Source: Hormoscilla sp.
GTDB taxonomy: Bacteria; Cyanobacteriota; Cyanobacteriia; Cyanobacteriales; Desertifilaceae
Length of the DNA: 29,164 nucleotides
Reading direction: 5' to 3'
Assembly: GCA_051439505.1 (NCBI GenBank)
Contig: JBFRWI010000054.1
Span: 1-29,164 of the forward strand
In this document: piece by piece, positions 9,243-18,930 of the stretch
Position numbering within the stretch: the stretch's first letter is position 1
Layout of the letters: every line of letters begins with the position of its first letter
Program-made: the position numbers and the translations under genes
The notes under the pieces: model-generated
Seen by the model: the letters and a program-made list of their open reading frames with translations, nothing else
Database searches by the model: none
What the model was told of the DNA's origin: nothing

Positions 9243-10271
9243 TCACTTCGATATCAAAGCTGGCTCGGCATCAGAGGGTTCTGTAGCAGTCCCGTCCGGC
9301 TGGCCAGTAGAAGTTGCTTTCTCTTTAGCCAGCCATGATGGGATTTTATCGCGCTGGTTGATCAGATAAATGCTGACCAAAGTGAGGCTGACACCCATCC
9401 ATTGTACCTGGCTGAGGACTTCCGACAGCAAGAGATTGCCAAACAGCAGGGCAAATACTGGGGTGAGAAAGGTGAGGGCACTCAGACTGGTGAGACTGCC
9501 GCTGGAGGCAAAGTAAAAGAATAATCCATAGGCGATCGCGCTACCAAATACCGTCGCATAGGCCAGTGCCATCCAGTTACCCGGGTCCATATGCACCCAC
9601 TGGTCCGACTCGCAAAGGCCCGAAAGAGCAAACAATGGCAACCCTCCCAAAATCATATGCCAGCCTGTAGCTGCCACCGGGTCGGCATAGCGACAGACAT
9701 AGCGAATCATAATCGTTCCTACTGCCATCGACAGGGCCGATACTAGCATCAGCCACTCTCCATGGGCGAACAACTCAGATAAATTTATAGGGTTCGTCTG
9801 GTCAGTAAATATACTTCCAATCCACTCCGGCGGCAAGCCGATCGCGCTAATTCCCACTATACCCAGAGCCAATCCCAACCAGCCCCAAAACCCGATCCGT
9901 TCTCCAAACAGCCAGAGGGCCAATACTGCCACTGCCAGGGGTTGAGAATCAATCATCACCGAGCCCAGGCCAGCGCCAGTTCTCACCAATCCTTCTGCCA
10001 GAAAGCCTTGAAATATACTCCCATCAATCAGGGCAAATAAGCCAATCGTCAACCAGGCCCGCCATCCCCGGGGTTGGGGGCGTCCCATCAGCGCTGAGAA
10101 AGCCACTATCAGCATCCCCGCTGGCAGCAAGCGCACCCCGGCCATAAACAAGGGCTCCGTATTGTCGATCGCCCCTTTCATCGCCACCATCGCCGTCCCC
10201 CAGAGGAAAAAGGGCGCGAGCAACAGCACCGGTGCAAAGGGGATTCTCGATTCTGTCAGTTTTACGTACAT
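9243..10271 (-). CDS. DMT superfamily (EamA) permease
   Basis: About 10 TM helices in two EamA halves (FFLWGTAMVAMK, DSQPLAVAVLALWLFGE, FLTPVFALLFGNLLLSE). Confidence 0.9.
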   Translation of the reverse strand: MYVKLTESRIPFAPVLLLAPFFLWGTAMVAMKGAIDNTEPLFMAGVRLLPAGMLIVAFSALMGRPQPRGWRAWLTIGLFALIDGSIFQGFLAEGLVRTGAGLGSVMIDSQPLAVAVLALWLFGERIGFWGWLGLALGIVGISAIGLPPEWIGSIFTDQTNPINLSELFAHGEWLMLVSALSMAVGTIMIRYVCRYADPVAATGWHMILGGLPLFALSGLCESDQWVHMDPGNWMALAYATVFGSAIAYGLFFYFASSGSLTSLSALTFLTPVFALLFGNLLLSEVLSQVQWMGVSLTLVSIYLINQRDKIPSWLAKEKATSTGQPDGTATEPSDAEPALISK

Positions 10272-10481
10272 AATCTGATATTATGATGAGTTGCCAGTTC
10301 ATTAAGATTTCTTCTAGTATATGTATTATTGTTAAGCTAATGATACAAAAATTTAATCGACAAGGGCTTCTGCCGAATTGGGCGCTGGAATATTTTGTCT
10401 ATACTAGAAAATAATTGGCGTTATCTGTCAAGAAACAATTTACCTCGTTCCCTGGCTCCCGCCTGGGAACGTCAATTGCCT

Positions 10482-11303
10482 ATGATTTGGTTTTGGAAGC
10501 GCAAGTCCAAGAAACAAATAGCTCGGATTGAAATTACCGGGGCGATCGCCGGTAACACCAGGAAACGGGTACTAGAAGCGCTGGAGACTGTGGAGGAGAA
10601 AGAATTTCCGGCCTTACTGTTGCGGATAGACAGTCCCGGCGGTACAGTAGGAGATTGTCAAGAAATCTACAGCGCCCTGATGCGTCTGCGAGAGAAGGTG
10701 AAGATCGTCGCCAGTTATGGCAATATCTCTGCTTCCGGAGGAGTCTACGTTGGTATGGGGGCTGAATTAATCGTGGCCAATCCGGGCACAATCACCGGTA
10801 GCATAGGGGTGATCGTGCGGGGAAATAATCTGGAGAGGTTGCTAGAAAAAATTGGCGTCCAATTCCAGACGATCAAGTCCGGTCCCTATAAAGACATCTT
10901 GGCATTCGATCGGGAAATAACCTCGGCAGAACAGGATATACTGCAGCAGTTGATCGACATTAGCTATCAACAATTTGTCGAAACAATAGCAACGGCACGC
11001 CAACTGGCAGTCGAAACAGTCAAAACTTTTGCCGACGGTCGGATTTTTACGGGTCAGCAAGCTTTAGAATTAGGGGTTGTGGACCGACTGGGCACGGAAG
11101 CGGACGCCCGGCGATGGGCGGCAGAACTGGCGGGGTTGGATCCCCTCAAAACTGAGTGCAAGACGATCGAAGCACCAAAACCCTTCTGGAGTCGCTGGAT
11201 ATCAGGAGAGAGTAAGATAAAATCGGAACTCTCAGCAGCTATTGATAGGGTAGAGTGGGAAATGTCTACCAATGGTCTGGCACTTTGGCTGTATCGACCC
11301 TAA
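10482..11303 (+). CDS. sppA: Signal peptide peptidase SppA (S49), short form
   Basis: Motifs LLLRIDSPGG, SASGGVY, TITGSIGV, IKSGPYKD, ADGRIFTGQQA and GVVDRLG. The ATG at 10482 (MIWFWK) is preferred over the upstream TTG. Confidence 0.9.
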   Translation: MIWFWKRKSKKQIARIEITGAIAGNTRKRVLEALETVEEKEFPALLLRIDSPGGTVGDCQEIYSALMRLREKVKIVASYGNISASGGVYVGMGAELIVANPGTITGSIGVIVRGNNLERLLEKIGVQFQTIKSGPYKDILAFDREITSAEQDILQQLIDISYQQFVETIATARQLAVETVKTFADGRIFTGQQALELGVVDRLGTEADARRWAAELAGLDPLKTECKTIEAPKPFWSRWISGESKIKSELSAAIDRVEWEMSTNGLALWLYRP

Positions 11304-11321
11304 GAAAAGGAGGAGAAGGGA

Positions 11322-11711
11322 GTGGGTTGGCGAGTTCGGGCGATTCGCGGGGCAACTACGGTCCCCGAAAATACTGTTGAGGCAATGACTCTGGCAGTGA
11401 TGGAACTGCTAGATGCATTGGAAGGGAAAAATAAAATATTCCCAGACCAGATAATCAGCGTGACTTTTTCGGTGACTCGCGATCTGGATGCGATTTTTCC
11501 AGCGGCGATCGCCCGCAAGCGTCCGGGATGGGACCAGGTGCCCCTACTAGACGTACAGCACATGCATGTAGAGTCGGCATTATTACGCTGCATTCGCTTT
11601 CTGATTCACGTTAACATGCCAGCGGACCAGGGAATTTACCATCCCTATTTGCGCCAGGCTCAAAATTTGCGACCGGATTGGGCAGAGGTACAATCTCCTC
11701 ATGGTAATTAA
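11322..11711 (+). CDS. aroH: Chorismate mutase, AroH class
   Basis: Motifs VRAIRGATTV, FSVTRDLDAIFPA, RCIRFLIH and YLRQAQNLRPD. GTG start preceded by a purine-rich RBS (AAGGAGGAGAAGGGA). Confidence 0.93.
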   Translation: MGWRVRAIRGATTVPENTVEAMTLAVMELLDALEGKNKIFPDQIISVTFSVTRDLDAIFPAAIARKRPGWDQVPLLDVQHMHVESALLRCIRFLIHVNMPADQGIYHPYLRQAQNLRPDWAEVQSPHGN

Positions 11712-11717
11712 TTGTCA

Positions 11718-11738
11718 GGTGGGCGATGCCCACCCCAC
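11718..11738. repeat. REP-like palindrome between convergent aroH and crtR, possibly acting as a bidirectional terminator
   Basis: GGTGGGC-GAT-GCCCACC hairpin, same family as 2385-2405, located in the 30-bp gap between the two stop codons. Confidence 0.65.
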
Positions 11739-11741
11739 ATA

Positions 11742-12626
11742 TTATTCTTTGGCGTGACCGTTCCAGTGAATGCCCAGGAAAATGTCGTAGATAAAATTCC
11801 CCAAATCTTTTGCTTGCAGTAGTCCTAGGGTTTGATGACAGCCTTTAGCATCCAGTAGGGGCTTGACAGCGTGATAAGCTGGCTGATACTTGTACCAGGG
11901 TATGGAAGGCCAGAGGTGATGAACCAGATGGTAATTCTGTCCGCCAATCAGCAGATTCAGAATGGGACTGGGGTAGACTCTGGCATTCTTCCAGCGATCG
12001 CGTTCGGTAAAGGGACGATGGGGTAAATAATCGAAAAATAACCCCAGGACCAGTCCCACTACCCCAGCGGGGACGAACCAGAAGTTAAGAATATACCCGA
12101 TAAAGCCATACTGACAGGCAAGCAATACGATCGACGCTACGAATGCGCGACTCAAAAACCATTCGAGTAACTCGTACTTACGCCACAGCCGACGCTGAAA
12201 GAAATATATTTCATGGTAAAAGAACCGGGCGTTAATCAGCCAGAGGGGGCCGCCAGTGGAGACAAAGTGATCTGGGTCATTTTCCGGATCGTTAACATGG
12301 GCATGATGCTGTAGATGTACCCGCGTGAACACGGGAAAAGTGAAACCCAGCATCAGGGCACTCCCATGTCCTAAGATCGCATTCAGCACGCGGTTAGCAT
12401 GGGCTGCATGATGAGAGGCATCGTGAATCACGGTTCCCACCATGTGTAAGGCAAGCACATTTAAGCCAAAGCAGCACCAGTCTGGCCACTCCCAGCGCCA
12501 GTAGCCGCAGGTGGAGACTATTACCATCCCTACTGCTATTAGAAACATCAGTAAATTGGGATTCAAGCCGCCAGTTGGGCCGAGAAACTCCTTGGGAACC
12601 GTCAGGGGCTTGGTCGCCTCCGACAT
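11742..12626 (-). CDS. crtR: Beta-carotene hydroxylase (fatty-acid-desaturase-type di-iron enzyme)
   Basis: His boxes HDASHH, HLQHH, DYLPHRPF and NYHLVHH, plus the CrtR-typical segments DPENDPDH, GPLWLI and HLWPSIPWY. Confidence 0.92.
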   Translation of the reverse strand: MSEATKPLTVPKEFLGPTGGLNPNLLMFLIAVGMVIVSTCGYWRWEWPDWCCFGLNVLALHMVGTVIHDASHHAAHANRVLNAILGHGSALMLGFTFPVFTRVHLQHHAHVNDPENDPDHFVSTGGPLWLINARFFYHEIYFFQRRLWRKYELLEWFLSRAFVASIVLLACQYGFIGYILNFWFVPAGVVGLVLGLFFDYLPHRPFTERDRWKNARVYPSPILNLLIGGQNYHLVHHLWPSIPWYKYQPAYHAVKPLLDAKGCHQTLGLLQAKDLGNFIYDIFLGIHWNGHAKE

Positions 12627-12664
12627 TGTATTATACTCCTTATGATGTATACAAATCCTTGAGT

Positions 12665-12704
12665 AGTATAGAACATGAGTGCGATTATTGTAAAGTTTTG
12701 TGAC
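12665..12704 (-). promoter_or_regulatory. Putative crtR promoter with HLR1 (RpaB-type) direct repeat over the -35 region
   Basis: Minus strand GTCACAAA-AC-TTTACAAT (12704-12687) is one mismatch from (G/T)TTACA(T/A)(T/A)-N2-(G/T)TTACA(T/A)(T/A). A -10-like TATACT lies at 12670-12665. Confidence 0.55.
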
Positions 12705-12862
12705 GCTAGCTGACTTCTGATGGTGAGCCTATTGTTGTTCCCATGGCGCTAGTCGCACCACATCAGCCGGTGCCTGTGAGCCCATCCTGGTACAGCCGTC
12801 ATCTGAAAATCCTTAAAAAATGCCATCAAAAATGAGCAGCCTTAACAATCAACAAATCACAA

Positions 12863-14035
12863 TTAACAATTAGCAAATCTTGTCAGAGACATCTGCTGAA
12901 TCAAGTCATCAGGAACTCCCGCCATATATTTAGCAAATCTCTGGGCAAGGGGTGGCGCAAATACCATCGGAGAAGTAAAGCTGGAGAAGACATGGATGCC
13001 TGTCATCCCAGGAATAGGGCCAACTACGGGCAGGATATCCCTACTAAAGGCAACTAAGCAACTGTGCCAAGTTCCTGGTAGCTGTGCTAATGCTGGTAAA
13101 ATCTTGCCTACATGGGTACGAATAGCGGCTTCACTGGCAGCGGGGTCTACTTTAGCCTGCGGGTCAGTCAATACTCGACTGATCTGACCTAACCTGATAC
13201 TACCATCTGGGAATGGAACTGCACCAGGATCGAGAATTGGTGGTACAAGTTCGTGTCCGGGTTCGTCCCACTTGCTGTCAAGTTCGCAGGCTTTGGCTTC
13301 TAAGCCATACCGCTGAGTATTAACTGAGAAGACAATTGTTCTCAGCTTCATCTGTACAGGTACGGTCTCAATCAGTTCGGCGTGGGTGAAATACAATGGT
13401 ACCGAAATCCCTGCAACTTTTAGCAACTGGCGTGAAAGACCACCAGCACAGATAACGGTATTGGCAGAGTGATAGTTTCCTCTATCTGTAATTACCCCAG
13501 TGATGCGATTTCCATCTCTGATTAAGTTACGCACTTTAGCAATTTCCATCGCGCCGCCATGTCTTTTCATTGCTTGGCAGTAGCCTTTTGCCGTTGCTTG
13601 GGGATTGATTTGACCAGTCTTGACAGTTAAAGCACCAGCAATGGCATCGGGATTTAGCAGCGGTTCCCAGCTACAAGCTTCTTGAGTTGATAGCAATTGC
13701 GGTTTGATGACACAGTTTGTGTATTGGGCCAGCACAGCTTGGGGGTTATCATCCCTGTCAATGGTTAAAATTAGGTCTAACTCGCGTAACTCGGTGTCAG
13801 CATCTAATTCTTCCGAAAGGATCTGATGGCGGGCTTTTCCTTCTCTACATAGTTGCTTGGTAATGTCGGAAGTACCAGACCAATAGGCAAGAGTGCCATA
13901 AGATAACGATGTAGCATTTTTCTGCTCGATGTCTTGTTCGAGCAGCAGGACTGAAAAGCCCTTTTGCGCGAGTTCGTATCCTAGGGCCGTACCGGTAATG
14001 CCTGCACCTCCGACAATCCAATCGTAAGTTTTCAT
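12863..14035 (-). CDS. FAD-dependent oxidoreductase, D-amino-acid/glycine oxidase (DAO) family
   Basis: N-terminal dinucleotide-binding motif IVGGAGITG...VLLLEQ, plus EPLL, VICAGG and DILPVVGP. Substrate unknown. Confidence 0.85.
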   Translation of the reverse strand: MKTYDWIVGGAGITGTALGYELAQKGFSVLLLEQDIEQKNATSLSYGTLAYWSGTSDITKQLCREGKARHQILSEELDADTELRELDLILTIDRDDNPQAVLAQYTNCVIKPQLLSTQEACSWEPLLNPDAIAGALTVKTGQINPQATAKGYCQAMKRHGGAMEIAKVRNLIRDGNRITGVITDRGNYHSANTVICAGGLSRQLLKVAGISVPLYFTHAELIETVPVQMKLRTIVFSVNTQRYGLEAKACELDSKWDEPGHELVPPILDPGAVPFPDGSIRLGQISRVLTDPQAKVDPAASEAAIRTHVGKILPALAQLPGTWHSCLVAFSRDILPVVGPIPGMTGIHVFSSFTSPMVFAPPLAQRFAKYMAGVPDDLIQQMSLTRFANC

Positions 14036-14046
14036 AGTTGCTACCT

Positions 14047-15459
14047 TTAATGATAATTAGCTATGGCTGCAGCGATAACACCTTGAGATTCTAGTACTAC
14101 GGCAACCCGCAGAATTAAGGCTTCGTTATCAGGGGCTGCGATTAATTGTACTCCTACTGGCAGTGCGTTGGTCCGCTGAATGGGAACTGATAAAACGGGT
14201 AAGCCGACGAAGGACAATGGTTGGGTATATAATCCTAGGTTAGGACGCAGCAGGACTTCTTTGCCATCAATGACCATTGTCTTTTGACCGATCGGGGTGG
14301 CAGGGTATGGAGTAGTGGGGGCGATGATGATGTCAACTTTGTCGAACAGTTCTCGCAGGCGATCGCGATACCAGGTCCGAAACCGCTGAGCTTGAATATA
14401 CCAGCTAGCGGGAATGAGGGCACCAGCAAGAAAGCGATCGCGGGTTTCGGGGTCAAAGTCATGGGGGCGAGATTGCAAGTCAGCTAAATGGATATTAGCA
14501 CCTTCACTAGCAGTAATTATATAGGCTGCGGCTCGGGCCCGGGCTGCTTCTGGTAAGGTTACTTCCGCAGTTATTCCCAAAGCAGCAGCTACTTTCTCCA
14601 CTCCTGCCATGACTTCTGGTTGCGCACCGGTGGCGAAATAGTCCCCTGCCACTGCCATCCGAATACCCTCAATTCCCTGGGATAATTGCGGTAACACTTT
14701 TACTTTTACGTTTGCTCCAGGAATATCTCTACAAACCGGATCCCTAGGATCTGGTCCTTGCAGCAGGTCAAATGCAGTAGCGATATCTCGGACCGATCGG
14801 GCGAAGGGTCCAATATGGTCCAAACTGCTAGAAAGTAGCATAGTTCCAGCCCGTGAGAGGCGTCCGTAGGTAGGTTTGAAACCATAAATGCCGCATAAAG
14901 CTGCTGGGACGCGAATGGAACCATTGGTATCGGAACCGAGAGTGAGAGGTACCAACCCAGCGGCCACCGCCGCCGCCGAACCACCGGAGGAACCCCCGGC
15001 AATTCTGGTCAGATCGTGAGGGTTGCGAGTGGGACCGTAATGAGTATTTTCGGTGACAAACCCGTAAGCATATTCATCCATATTCAAAGCACCCACTAGG
15101 ACTGCGCCCGCTTGTTTCAACTTGGCAACTGCGGTGGCATCTTGGGTAGCTGGGGGGTTTTCGGCATTAATCTTCGACCCTGCCAGGGTGGTAATTCCAG
15201 CAATATCGAACAGGTTTTTCACTGCAAAGGGTACTCCTGCAAGAGGACCGGGATCCTGTCGGGCTGCTACTGCCCGATCGATTGCCTGGGCAGCCGCAAT
15301 TGCTGTATCATGAGCGATCGCGGTAAAGCAGTTGAGTGCTTCGTTTTGGTCAGCAATGCGTTCTAAAGTAGCTGTCACCACTGAGGTAGCGGCGATCGCC
15401 CCCGTGCGGACATCTGCGGCTGTAGCAACAGCATCTGCTTGATAAATATCGAGTGTCAT
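14047..15459 (-). CDS. Amidase-signature enzyme, AtzE family amidohydrolase
   Basis: Catalytic Lys (FAVKNLF), GGSSGGS, GSDTNGSIRVPA and NMDEYAYGF. The start is placed at MTLDIY (15459) because the longer ORF extension reads through repeat DNA. Confidence 0.85.
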   Translation of the reverse strand: MTLDIYQADAVATAADVRTGAIAATSVVTATLERIADQNEALNCFTAIAHDTAIAAAQAIDRAVAARQDPGPLAGVPFAVKNLFDIAGITTLAGSKINAENPPATQDATAVAKLKQAGAVLVGALNMDEYAYGFVTENTHYGPTRNPHDLTRIAGGSSGGSAAAVAAGLVPLTLGSDTNGSIRVPAALCGIYGFKPTYGRLSRAGTMLLSSSLDHIGPFARSVRDIATAFDLLQGPDPRDPVCRDIPGANVKVKVLPQLSQGIEGIRMAVAGDYFATGAQPEVMAGVEKVAAALGITAEVTLPEAARARAAAYIITASEGANIHLADLQSRPHDFDPETRDRFLAGALIPASWYIQAQRFRTWYRDRLRELFDKVDIIIAPTTPYPATPIGQKTMVIDGKEVLLRPNLGLYTQPLSFVGLPVLSVPIQRTNALPVGVQLIAAPDNEALILRVAVVLESQGVIAAAIANYH

Positions 15460-15503
15460 AGTATTTTTGGGGTTCGTAGTCAGCACGAAGCCTGCTTGCC
15501 AGG

Positions 15504-16037
15504 GGTGATGCCCACTGGTAAGGACTAAAGTCCTGACTACAAACACTTGGGAGATTTGTCTTACAACTCGTGCCTTCGGCCCATCATCCCATAAATGTGT
15601 AACCAGGAGAGACCGCGCAATTCGGGAAGCTTCCATAGCCCGGCGCGGGGGGGGGGGATCGCTGCGAGCAACTAATGCATGACCACACCAGCGTTCCCGG
15701 TGCCCACGGTTGAGGTTTTAAACCTCTCGGTTGGGGTTTTAAACCTCTCGGTTGGGGTTGAAAACCTCTCGGTTGGGGTTGAAAACCTCTCGGTTGGGGT
15801 TGAAAACCTCTCGGTTGAGGTTTTAAACCTCTCGGTTGGGGTTGAAAACCTCTCGGTTGGGGTTGAAAACCTCTCGGTTGGGGTTGAAAACCTCTCGGTT
15901 GGGGTTTAAAACCCCAACTCCGAACTCCGAACTCCGAACTCCGAACTCAGGTGGGGGATCTCCATGCGTATCAACGGGTTTCGATCGCACCACCGGTGAT
16001 ACCCAGCTGGAAAGGACTAAAGTCCTGACTACAAACA
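15504..16037. repeat. Composite repeat block bounded by two about 42-bp direct repeats
   Basis: GGTGATGCCCA-CTGGTAAGGACTAAAGTCCTGACTACAAACA (15504-15545) versus GGTGATACCCAGCTGGAAAGGACTAAAGTCCTGACTACAAACA (15995-16037). The interior holds degenerate MITE ends (about 15657-15690 and 15970-15992), a 21-bp array and a heptamer array. Confidence 0.85.
15707..15918. repeat. Tandem array of a 21-bp unit CGGTTGRGGTTKWAAACCTCT (9 copies plus a terminal palindromic copy)
   Basis: Units start every 21 bp from 15707 to 15875. The final unit is a perfect hairpin GTTGGGGTTT-A-AAACCCCAAC. It is followed by (AACTCCG)x4 at 15916-15943. Confidence 0.95.
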
Positions 16038-16216
16038 GTTGTGGATATCCATTGATTGTAGAATAAATTAAAATAAAAGAGGATTGAAAGCCAAGAGATC
16101 CTGCAAATGATCGAACCAACCTATACAACTATCATCACAGCGATCGCCCGAATGGATGTTAACCTGGGGTTGTGCGCCACCCACAAGTCAGTCGCCGACT
16201 CCACCCTACCCACTAA

Positions 16217-18412
16217 CTACTGACAACTGTCGAGTAAAGATTTTAAGGTAGCGATAACCTTGTCAAAATCTAAAGGCTTACTTAAATAAGCATCGGCCCC
16301 AGCAGCCAAACAGCGATCGCGATCGCCGGGCATGGCCATTGCGGTAATTGCCACTACAGGCACCTGTTGCCAGATAGAGTGAGCTTTCAGTTGACGGATT
16401 AGATCCAAGCCATCCACCTCTGGCAACTGGATATCCATTAAAATTAAATCGGGCAAAGTTTGCGGCGTCACTAGGGGAGAGGAGATGGTCAAACTCATAG
16501 ATTTACCATCACATATCAGCTCCACCACGTAACCGGACAACTCCAGCATCTCCGAAATCAAAGCTTGATTATAGGGTTGGTCTTCTATCACCAAAACCCG
16601 CTGGGCATTGATGGACTCATGGTTGGGTTTAAGGGTAGCATAAGATCTGTCAGTTGCCTCCGACTGAGACTTGAATGAGTGCCGCATTTCTGTCAAAGGC
16701 AACCAGACACGAAAAATACTGCCAACTCCTTCAGTAGACTGGAAAGAGACAGTTCCCCCATGTAGTTCTGCCAGTCGTTTCGTGAGTGCCAACCCCAGTC
16801 CCGTGCCGTCATGACGCCTAGTTAAAGAAGAATCAACCTGTTGGAAAGGATGAAATAGCAAGTGCCACTTAGACTCGGGAATGCCAATGCCCGAATCTTC
16901 TACCTCCAAACACAGGTAAGGAGTGCTAGGATTGATTGGAGAGCGATCGGGGCGATTGTCACTGCCAATCTCAGCACCATAAGCCAGGCATCCCACTAGG
17001 GCAACAGACCCAGCTTCTGGCGTAAACTTGACCGCATTAGAAAGCAAATTAATCAAGATCTGGCGGGTCCGCCGATCGTCCAGAAGGACCTTGTCTAGGC
17101 GTGAGTCCACTTCCACAGAAAGAGTCAGTCGCTTTTGGGTCGCCCGGGGCTGAATCATTGCCAGACAATCATGACAGAGAGTATGAACCGAAACCATCTG
17201 CAAATCCAGTTGAGTCTTACCCGCTTCAATCTTGGATAAATCCAGAATATCATTAATTAGATCCAACAGGTGCTTGCCGCTATTATTGATTACGGTGGCA
17301 TAATTAACCTGGCGTTCGGTTAAATTGGTACCTTGTCGCAGCAGCAAATCAGAAAAGCCCAGAATACTATTAAGGGGAGTCCGCAGTTCGTGGGACATGG
17401 AAGCCAGAAACTCCGACTTCAACTGAGAGGCCCGCTCTAAATATTCATTCATCCGACGCAGATGAGCTTGAGCTTGAGCGCGTTCAATTGCCACACCCAG
17501 GGCGCGACAAGCTGCCAATAGCATCTCTTGGTCCGGTTCTTCCTGAAGTTTCTGTAGCGATCGCGATTCCAGGGTCAAGACACCAATAATTTTACCATCT
17601 TCCGCAGGGATAGGAAAGATGCCCACTTGACCAATACCCGGATGGTGAAATGCTGCTACTGCTTGGGGGTGCTGATAATAATCTTCAACAAATAGGGGCT
17701 TACCAGTTTCCACCACCGACCACAGTAGCCCCTCCCCGTAGGGAATACCCTGCCTCAGCATCTCGGACATAAAAGCGATCGCTTCCGAGCCGTAGGTAGA
17801 AATAAATTGACTAGAAAATTGATTAGATAGAGCTGCTGCTTGCCGTTTTTCTCCCTCACCATTGATTACCTTTACATCTCCGAAGGCAGCATTCATCGCC
17901 GACATTAAATAGTTGAGAGCAAATTGGGCAATTTCCTCTAGGTCTTCGGAATTTTGCATGCGTTCATTTAGCCCTAATAAAAATCTCAGCCGCTTCACTT
18001 CCGCATTTAAGTTAGCTTGCATCCAGGCACCATCCAACAGCGCTTGCCTATCTCTGGTAACATCACGAAAAGTAAATAGACGCCCCCCATTGGATATCAC
18101 TGTAGTATATACTTCCAGGTATACCCCATTAACTTGTTCCACATCCAATACCATACCTTCATTAGAAGCTGTTTCCATTATTTCCCGTAACTGCTTATAC
18201 TGCGATCGCGACCAGTATCCCCGCTTGACCACGTAGGTAAACACTTCTGTAAAATGAGGTTTTTCTTTTAGATATAAAACCGAAAGTCCCCACATATGTG
18301 CTAATTTTTGATTGAACAAGACCAAGTGCTGCGACCTATTAAACAGCGCGATCGCATTATCTACTTGAGACAGGATCAACTCTTGTTCTTCTGTTAACTG
18401 TTGGATGTCCAT
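16217..18412 (-). CDS. Soluble hybrid histidine kinase (PAS-GAF-HisKA-HATPase-REC)
   Basis: PAS-like N-terminus ending FRDVT, GAF (VVETGKPLFVEDY...IIGVLTLES), H-box EFLASMSHELRTPLNSI, NLLSNAVKFT, DSGIGI, GTGLGL and receiver LILMDIQLP...LSKP. No TM helix. Confidence 0.92.
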   Translation of the reverse strand: MDIQQLTEEQELILSQVDNAIALFNRSQHLVLFNQKLAHMWGLSVLYLKEKPHFTEVFTYVVKRGYWSRSQYKQLREIMETASNEGMVLDVEQVNGVYLEVYTTVISNGGRLFTFRDVTRDRQALLDGAWMQANLNAEVKRLRFLLGLNERMQNSEDLEEIAQFALNYLMSAMNAAFGDVKVINGEGEKRQAAALSNQFSSQFISTYGSEAIAFMSEMLRQGIPYGEGLLWSVVETGKPLFVEDYYQHPQAVAAFHHPGIGQVGIFPIPAEDGKIIGVLTLESRSLQKLQEEPDQEMLLAACRALGVAIERAQAQAHLRRMNEYLERASQLKSEFLASMSHELRTPLNSILGFSDLLLRQGTNLTERQVNYATVINNSGKHLLDLINDILDLSKIEAGKTQLDLQMVSVHTLCHDCLAMIQPRATQKRLTLSVEVDSRLDKVLLDDRRTRQILINLLSNAVKFTPEAGSVALVGCLAYGAEIGSDNRPDRSPINPSTPYLCLEVEDSGIGIPESKWHLLFHPFQQVDSSLTRRHDGTGLGLALTKRLAELHGGTVSFQSTEGVGSIFRVWLPLTEMRHSFKSQSEATDRSYATLKPNHESINAQRVLVIEDQPYNQALISEMLELSGYVVELICDGKSMSLTISSPLVTPQTLPDLILMDIQLPEVDGLDLIRQLKAHSIWQQVPVVAITAMAMPGDRDRCLAAGADAYLSKPLDFDKVIATLKSLLDSCQ

Positions 18413-18732
18413 CTGTTTGCTAATTGCTTATTGCTAATTCTTACCAATTATTCGGCAATTACCATTAACAATTTTCCCCCGAGTCATCACATTCTTAGGA
18501 CTGCTATCACTCCGGGCACCATTGCGATTGGATATGCGCTATTATATCATCGATCTCTGCAAACAGATAGATTCCCTCGATCCCGTTCTCAGCCAATCCG
18601 ACCGGCATATATATTATCCGATATTTTCGATCGTAATGCGCAGTCGAATTAGATGCTTGATAATTTCTGAGAAATATACTATCATAATTAGGATATCGGC
18701 CAATGCGGTAATTTGAAGAGAGTTTGTTAACA

Positions 18733-18930
18733 ATGAATAGCAAAGAACTAGCAAAGTATATTGAAGCAAATGATGGAATATATAAGCCATGTTTATTAGT
18801 ACAATTGCGCTTAAAAAAACTGCAAGAACGTCTTGACGATCGGGAATATATGAGGGAGTTAAAAGAACTCCATGAAGATTTGATGAAATTGGGAGAATGG
18901 TGGAAAGGAATAGAAGAGCAAGTGTTTTGA
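18733..18930 (+). CDS. Small conserved cyanobacterial hypothetical protein (65 aa)
   Basis: The pattern ELAxYIEA...KPxLLVQLRLxKLxER...HEDLMxLGEWWxGIExxVF is recognised from cyanobacterial small hypothetical proteins (from memory). ATG at 18733. Confidence 0.7.
   Translation: MNSKELAKYIEANDGIYKPCLLVQLRLKKLQERLDDREYMRELKELHEDLMKLGEWWKGIEEQVF

Noticed and set aside
15460..15636. N-terminal extension of the amidase ORF
   Set aside because: It translates repeat DNA (VVRTLVL also appears in other repeat-derived ORFs at 59..358 and 15823..16128).
15707..15918. Possible CRISPR array (GTT...AAAC-like 21-bp repeats)
   Set aside because: Head-to-tail tandem units with no spacers.
18507..18743. 78-aa minus-strand ORF containing YRIIY (RelE/ParE-like toxin fragment?)
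   Set aside because: A single short motif in an AT-rich divergent promoter region, with a non-ATG start, overlap with the next gene and no antitoxin partner. Insufficient support.
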